64,000 bases of DNA. Origin: an uncultured Chloroflexia bacterium. Lineage in GTDB: Bacteria; Chloroflexota; Limnocylindria; Limnocylindrales; CSP1-4. Position numbers and translations under genes: made by a program. The DNA is taken from the NCBI GenBank assembly GCA_963813535.1, contig CAWEZH010000003.1, positions 736,001-800,000 on the forward strand, written 5' to 3'. Shown here piece after piece: positions 59,222 to 64,000 of this stretch (position 1 is its first letter; each line of letters opens with the position of its first letter). The notes under the pieces were generated by a model. The model was not told where the DNA came from, searched no databases, and was given only the letters and a program-made list of their open reading frames with translations.

Positions 59222-60438
59222 GCGACGACCGGATCCCGTTCCACCGACCCAGCCTCGGCGGCGCGGAGCGCGACGCCGCGATCGAGGTCCTCGACTCTGG
59301 CTGGCTGACGACGGGCGCGCGCGCTGCGGCCTTCGAGGAGGCCTTCGCAACATTCGTCGGTGTCGAGCATGCCGTCGCCGTGAACAGCGCCACCGCCGCG
59401 TTGCACCTGGCCCTCGAAGGGCTCGGGATCGGCGAAGGCGACGAGGTGATCGTGCCGACGTACACGTTCGCGGCGTCTGCCGAAGTGGCGCTCTACCTGC
59501 GCGCGACCCCGGTCTTGGTCGACGTGGATCCGCGCACCGCCAACGTGACGGCGTCGGCCGTGCAGGACGCGATCACCGACGAGACCGGCGCGATCGAGGT
59601 CGTCCACATCGGCGGCCTGCCCGCGGACCTTCGCGGCGTCCTGGACGTGGCAGACGACATCCCGATCGTCGAGGACACGGCCCACGCGTTTCCCTCGGCG
59701 ATCGCCGCGTTCGACGGACGCTTCGCGGGGACGATCGGCCGCGCCGGGGCGTTCAGCTTCTATGCCACCAAGACGATCACGACCGGCGAAGGCGGGATGC
59801 TGGCCACCGACGACGCCGCGCTGGCCGATCGAGCACGCACGATGCGACTCCACGGCATCGGCCGCGATGCGTGGAAGCGGTACACGGCGTCTGGCTCGTG
59901 GTACTACGAGATCGAGGCACCGGGCTTCAAGGACAACCTCACCGATATCGCGGCCGCGATCGGGCTGGTCCAGCTCGACCGCGCTGCAGAGCTCCGCGCC
60001 AGTCGAGCGACGATCGCGCGCGCATACCTCGAGGGTCTCGCGCCGCTCGCCGATGCCGGCCGATTGATGCTCCCCGCTGGAGCCGACGATCCCGCGCACG
60101 CCTGGCACCTCTTCGTCATCCGTCTCGGACCTGAGGCGCATGGTGACGGCGCTGTCGATACGGACCTGCCAGGTGTCGCTGGTCTGCCCACCCCGCTCCA
60201 GGGAACCGCGTCACGCCGGGCACGCGCGATCGATGCGCTCGGAGCGGCGGGCATCGGGGTCAGCGTCCACTTCATCCCGCTCCACCTCCACCCGCTGTAT
60301 CAGCGGATGGGGTACCGGCCGGGCCAGTTCCCGCATGCCGAGGCGGCCTACGCCGGGGCGATCAGCCTGCCGATCTGGCCCGGTATGACGGAGACGCAGA
60401 TCGAACGGGTCGTCGCGGCGGTGACGGCGGCGGTCTGA
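59218..60438 (+). CDS. DegT/DnrJ/EryC1 sugar aminotransferase
   Basis: SGWLTTG, NSATAALHLAL, SFYATK.ITTGEGG, SLPIWP. Confidence 0.95.
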   Translation: MSDDRIPFHRPSLGGAERDAAIEVLDSGWLTTGARAAAFEEAFATFVGVEHAVAVNSATAALHLALEGLGIGEGDEVIVPTYTFAASAEVALYLRATPVLVDVDPRTANVTASAVQDAITDETGAIEVVHIGGLPADLRGVLDVADDIPIVEDTAHAFPSAIAAFDGRFAGTIGRAGAFSFYATKTITTGEGGMLATDDAALADRARTMRLHGIGRDAWKRYTASGSWYYEIEAPGFKDNLTDIAAAIGLVQLDRAAELRASRATIARAYLEGLAPLADAGRLMLPAGADDPAHAWHLFVIRLGPEAHGDGAVDTDLPGVAGLPTPLQGTASRRARAIDALGAAGIGVSVHFIPLHLHPLYQRMGYRPGQFPHAEAAYAGAISLPIWPGMTETQIERVVAAVTAAV

Positions 60439-60447
60439 TCGGCCCCG

Positions 60448-62682
60448 CTACGGCTTCGGTCGGAACACCGGCTCGATCGTGATGAACCCACTCAGGTACG
60501 GCCGTTTCGGCCCGTTGCGACCGGCCGAAGCCTGTGGCCAGCGGGGCAGGCGCACCGAGTAATCGGCGTCGATCCGGCCGTCGGTGACGAGCTCCATCGG
60601 GACGGTCGGCACGTTGAACGTCAGCGGCACCGATACGGCGCTGACCGCGTCGAGGAGCGGCTGCGATCCGATCTCGAACCCGAGCTGCCACAGCACGAAC
60701 TGGACGCCGAGCGAGTCAGGTGCTGCCCGAAGGATCGACATGGCGGTGTCGAGGTCGACCTCCGTCCCGGTCGCAGCGGCGTCGAGCAGGATGAGGGCGT
60801 CGGCCTCAGGGCCGGCGGGTATGCGGGATCGCTGGGCCGCCGCGTCGTCGGACCGTCCGGCGAGGATGGCGACGGCCGCCGCCGTCACGGGGTCCGCCTC
60901 ACCGATCCGCGGGATCGCGTTCGCCTGCGCTGCGGCCCACGTCGCCTCGTCGAAGAGCGCGCTCGGGCGCTCCGAGAACACGAGCGTCGGGACCTGGACC
61001 ATCGCATCGGCGAGCGCCTGTGCTGCGGTCGCTGCATCGGACTCGAAGCGCTGCGCGGCCAGGTTCACGCTGGCGGTGGCGTCGTACGGGCCAGAGGCGT
61101 CGGCTCGTGCCCACAGGGCCTCGGGCTCGGAGGCCAGGGCGGCCCGCTGCGCGATCACGAACGTGAACGGCTCGGCCCTGTCCATCGCTTCCAGCGACGC
61201 CGCGGCCCCGGCATCATCGCCGAGCGACCGTCGGGCGAGGGCCTGCCCGAGTCGATACGCGGGCAGGTCGTGGAGCGCCACCGCGGCGTCGAAGTCCCGC
61301 GCCGCGGCGCTCGGATCGCCTCGGTCGAGTGCCTGGTTCCCGGCGGCCGCGTAGACCATCCCGGTGTCGATCGGCACGAGCAGGGCAGCCCCGACCAGCA
61401 CGAGTGCGCCGGCCACGGCGGTGACGGCCGTCGGTCGACGGCTTGCCGGCGCTCCCTCGGGTAATCCCGCCGCAAGCTCGAGCCGGGCGACGAGGTGCAG
61501 GACGAGCAGGACGACCGCAGGGAGGTGGAATTGGGTGTCCACGATCGAGTGCACGCCGACGGCCACCAGGCTCGCCGTCACCACGATGGCAAGCCGACGA
61601 TCGGCGGCAGGACGGTCGACCCCCAGAGCCCTCCAGGCGATCCGGGCGATCGTCGCGATCAGCCACGCGGCGGCCAGCGCACCGATGAGTCCGGCGTCCG
61701 TGAGGACCTGCAGGATGCTGTTGTGGCTCGTTGCGAGCACCGCAAGGTTGTCATCCGAGATGGGCGTGGATGCGCGGAGCCCCGGCCATGCCCCCGGCCC
61801 GACACCGACGAGTGGCGAGCTGGTGAACATCGACCAGGCGGCCGACCACAGCTCGAGCCGACCGGCATCGCCGCTGAGCATCCGCTCGACGACGAGCGGT
61901 AGCAGCACGACCCCGAGCACGACCGCACCGATCGCGACGACGCGGCGCGACGTCGTGGACAGGACGGCCCGCACCGAGAGCCCGCTCGACCGCCAGACGA
62001 GCAGCAGCGCGACCGCCGTGCCGGCCGCCGCCCCGAGCCATGCCCCGCGTGAGCCGGTCACGAGCATCGCGAACGCGGCGAGCGCTGCGAGCCCGAGCGT
62101 GAACCCTCGAGAGTGCCAGCGCACCCACGCCAGCCAGATCGCGATCGGAGCGAGGAGCTCGAGGTACAGGGCCACGGCGTTGACGGTCCCGACAGTCAGG
62201 CCAACGTCGCCGGGTCGGAGCGGTGGGATCGATGGCCCGGCGATCGACCACCACGAGATCCACTGTGTCAGCGCCTGGATGAGGTACGCGACGATGAAGA
62301 CCGACGTCGCCAGGATGATCAGCCAGTCGACGCGCGGCCGTAGTCGCTCGTCCGCAAGCGCGGCCCGGACGACGAAGTAGGCCGGAGCGCTGATGAGCAG
62401 CAGCGCGAGCGCCTCGAGGCTGGCCGCCTGCCGTTGGCTCGTGACCGTCGCGATCGCCGTGACCGCGACCCATGCTGCGCCGGGCAGGAGCAGCGGCGAG
62501 CGGACGTCCAGGCGACCGCGCAGCGCGACGATCCCGCCACAGATGACGACGCCGAGAACGAGGACCTGGTTGAGGATCCTCGACTGGGGCGAGGCGAGGA
62601 AATTCGACGCTCCGCTGAAGAACGTCAGGTCGACGAAGAGGAGGGCGACGACGAGCCAGATGACCGTGTCGCGGGCTCTCAC
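60448..62682 (-). CDS. O-antigen ligase / O-oligosaccharyltransferase-like protein with a helical C-terminal region
   Basis: TGSRGAW, R..LW..A, GVGPG, HNSILQ....GLIG, H..VD. Confidence 0.82.
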   Translation of the reverse strand: MRARDTVIWLVVALLFVDLTFFSGASNFLASPQSRILNQVLVLGVVICGGIVALRGRLDVRSPLLLPGAAWVAVTAIATVTSQRQAASLEALALLLISAPAYFVVRAALADERLRPRVDWLIILATSVFIVAYLIQALTQWISWWSIAGPSIPPLRPGDVGLTVGTVNAVALYLELLAPIAIWLAWVRWHSRGFTLGLAALAAFAMLVTGSRGAWLGAAAGTAVALLLVWRSSGLSVRAVLSTTSRRVVAIGAVVLGVVLLPLVVERMLSGDAGRLELWSAAWSMFTSSPLVGVGPGAWPGLRASTPISDDNLAVLATSHNSILQVLTDAGLIGALAAAWLIATIARIAWRALGVDRPAADRRLAIVVTASLVAVGVHSIVDTQFHLPAVVLLVLHLVARLELAAGLPEGAPASRRPTAVTAVAGALVLVGAALLVPIDTGMVYAAAGNQALDRGDPSAAARDFDAAVALHDLPAYRLGQALARRSLGDDAGAAASLEAMDRAEPFTFVIAQRAALASEPEALWARADASGPYDATASVNLAAQRFESDAATAAQALADAMVQVPTLVFSERPSALFDEATWAAAQANAIPRIGEADPVTAAAVAILAGRSDDAAAQRSRIPAGPEADALILLDAAATGTEVDLDTAMSILRAAPDSLGVQFVLWQLGFEIGSQPLLDAVSAVSVPLTFNVPTVPMELVTDGRIDADYSVRLPRWPQASAGRNGPKRPYLSGFITIEPVFRPKP

Positions 62683-62722
62683 GGTCCCATCCTAGTCGGC
62701 GGCCGGGGTAGGACCCCGGCCA

Positions 62723-62863
62723 CTAGCGGCGGGCGCGTTGGAGTGGTCGTTCGACCTGGGCGCGGAAGCGACGGACGGCTCGCTCGTGACGGATGAGCCA
62801 CCACGTGGCGTACCCGACGACGATCGTCGAGCTCGCTACGGCGGCTGCGGTGAGGCCTTCCAT
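62723..62863 (-). CDS. Possible 46-aa membrane peptide MEGLTAAAVASSTIVVGYATWWLIRHERAVRRFRAQVERPLQRARR
   Basis: ATG 62863 to TAG 62723; hydrophobic N-terminus and Arg-rich tail; followed by hairpin 62701-62721. Confidence 0.45.
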   Translation of the reverse strand: MEGLTAAAVASSTIVVGYATWWLIRHERAVRRFRAQVERPLQRARR

Positions 62864-62987
62864 GGGGTCCGAGTCTCGGCTTCGGGGCAGGTCGCGTCGA
62901 GGCGCCAGAAGGGCTATCCGGGGGTTTCCCGATAGCCCGTTCGTACCGGTCGGAGGGACCAGGACCCGGTGCTACGCTGCACCGGCC

Positions 62988-64000
62988 GTGCGTATCCCGT
63001 TCGTCCTATACGCGCTTGCCCTGGTCGCGCGGGTCGTGCTCATCTGGCACTTCCCCGACCCGGCGTATCCCAATTCGTTCTACTACGTGGACGTCGCCCG
63101 GAACCTCGCCGACGGTCGTGGATTCACGACCGACCTGATCTGGATCTTCCCCGAGGTCGGCGGAACGATCCCGGCCGACCCGACCCTGCCGATCCCCTCG
63201 AATGCCCATTGGATGCCACTGGCGTCGCTGGTCCAGGTCCCGTTCATCGCCGTGCTCGGTCCGACGGCGTGGGCATCGGCGCTGCCGTTCGCCCTGTTCG
63301 GCTCCCTGGCCGCACCCCTCACCTGGGCGATGGCCCGCGATGCCGGCGCGTCGCGCATGGTCGCGCTCGGTGCCGGCGTCCTCGTCGCGATCCCCGTCAT
63401 GTCGGTCGTGTACATGGTCCAGCCGGACAACTTCTCCCTCTATCAGCCGCTCGTCCTGGCGGCCCTCTGGATGGGTGCCCGCGGGCTGAAGGGCTCCCCA
63501 CGTGCCTTCGCGGCGGCAGGCCTCCTGGCAGGCCTCGCGACCCTGTCGCGGAACGACGGGCTGCTCGTGCTCGTCGCCCTCGGGCTCGCATTCCTGTGGG
63601 ACCGCTGGCGCCGGAAAGCGATCCCGTGGTCGGCGGCGGTGGCGTGCGTCGGGCTCTTCGTGCTCGTCATGGCGCCGTGGTGGCTGCGCCAGCTCGCGGT
63701 CTTCGGATCCCTCTCCCCGTCGACCGCGTCCGGCAAGGTCCTGTTCATCCGCGATATCGGCGAATGGAACAGCATCACCACGCCCGCGACACTGGAGCAC
63801 CTCCTGGGCATGGGCGTCGGGCCGCTCCTCGCCACGCGCATCGCCGGGCTCCTGTCGGCGATCACCATCTACTCGGTCCTGGTGGGTGGAGTCGTGCTCG
63901 TGCCGTTCATGCTCATCGGGGCCTGGGCACGCCGGCGATCCCTCGACTTCGGTCCGTTCTTCCTGTATGCGGGCCTGCTCTTCGCGTTCTCGGCCCTGGT
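62988..64000 (+). CDS. ArnT/PMT-like (GT39/83) glycosyltransferase, truncated by the window edge
   Basis: Manual translation MRIPFVLYALALVARV...PAYPNSFYYVDVARNLADGRGF...HWMPL...TLSRNDG; absent from the ORF track. Confidence 0.8.
   Translation, partial: MRIPFVLYALALVARVVLIWHFPDPAYPNSFYYVDVARNLADGRGFTTDLIWIFPEVGGTIPADPTLPIPSNAHWMPLASLVQVPFIAVLGPTAWASALPFALFGSLAAPLTWAMARDAGASRMVALGAGVLVAIPVMSVVYMVQPDNFSLYQPLVLAALWMGARGLKGSPRAFAAAGLLAGLATLSRNDGLLVLVALGLAFLWDRWRRKAIPWSAAVACVGLFVLVMAPWWLRQLAVFGSLSPSTASGKVLFIRDIGEWNSITTPATLEHLLGMGVGPLLATRIAGLLSAITIYSVLVGGVVLVPFMLIGAWARRRSLDFGPFFLYAGLLFAFSAL

Noticed and set aside
1-64000. Many long antisense or alternative-frame ORFs (e.g. 6256-8250, 23102-24946, 36338-38251)
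   Set aside because: Shadow ORFs typical of ~70% GC DNA; Arg/Pro/Gly-rich and overlapping well-supported genes
1-64000. tRNA/rRNA genes, prophage or defence systems
   Set aside because: No supporting signatures were seen on manual reading

Overview
High-GC (~70%) bacterial DNA. The GAAC-N4-GTTC SOS boxes, the c-di-GMP-II riboswitch and the many apparently leaderless genes fit a monoderm such as Chloroflexota; this taxonomy is an inference. 1-18.6 kb is housekeeping: a J-domain protein, hutH, DedA, an MFS transporter, fchA-folD-fhs, dinB with a small LexA-controlled downstream gene, rplI, lexA, dnaB and dodecin. 18.6-26 kb is the most interesting part. A MalT/STAND-TPR-BTAD regulator is followed by a sigma70 promoter, a c-di-GMP-II riboswitch with an overlapping terminator, an unannotated ~25-aa peptide gene (…IALAGGASLRGF), a membrane HD-GYP phosphodiesterase and a DUF5317-like protein fused to an MFS transporter. 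Together these look like a peptide-pheromone/c-di-GMP feedback signalling system, with a lower-GC, possibly variable specificity cassette. 26-64 kb is a very large surface-glycosylation region: about a dozen GT-C-like membrane glycosyltransferases (two more lie at 9.8-13.4 kb), polyprenyl-P sugar synthases, PglF/PglE/PglC-like genes, a flippase, an O-antigen-ligase/OTase-like protein, methyltransferases and two membrane spermidine-synthase-like fusions. Several single-base frameshifts, including one in essential dnaB, point to assembly indel errors.
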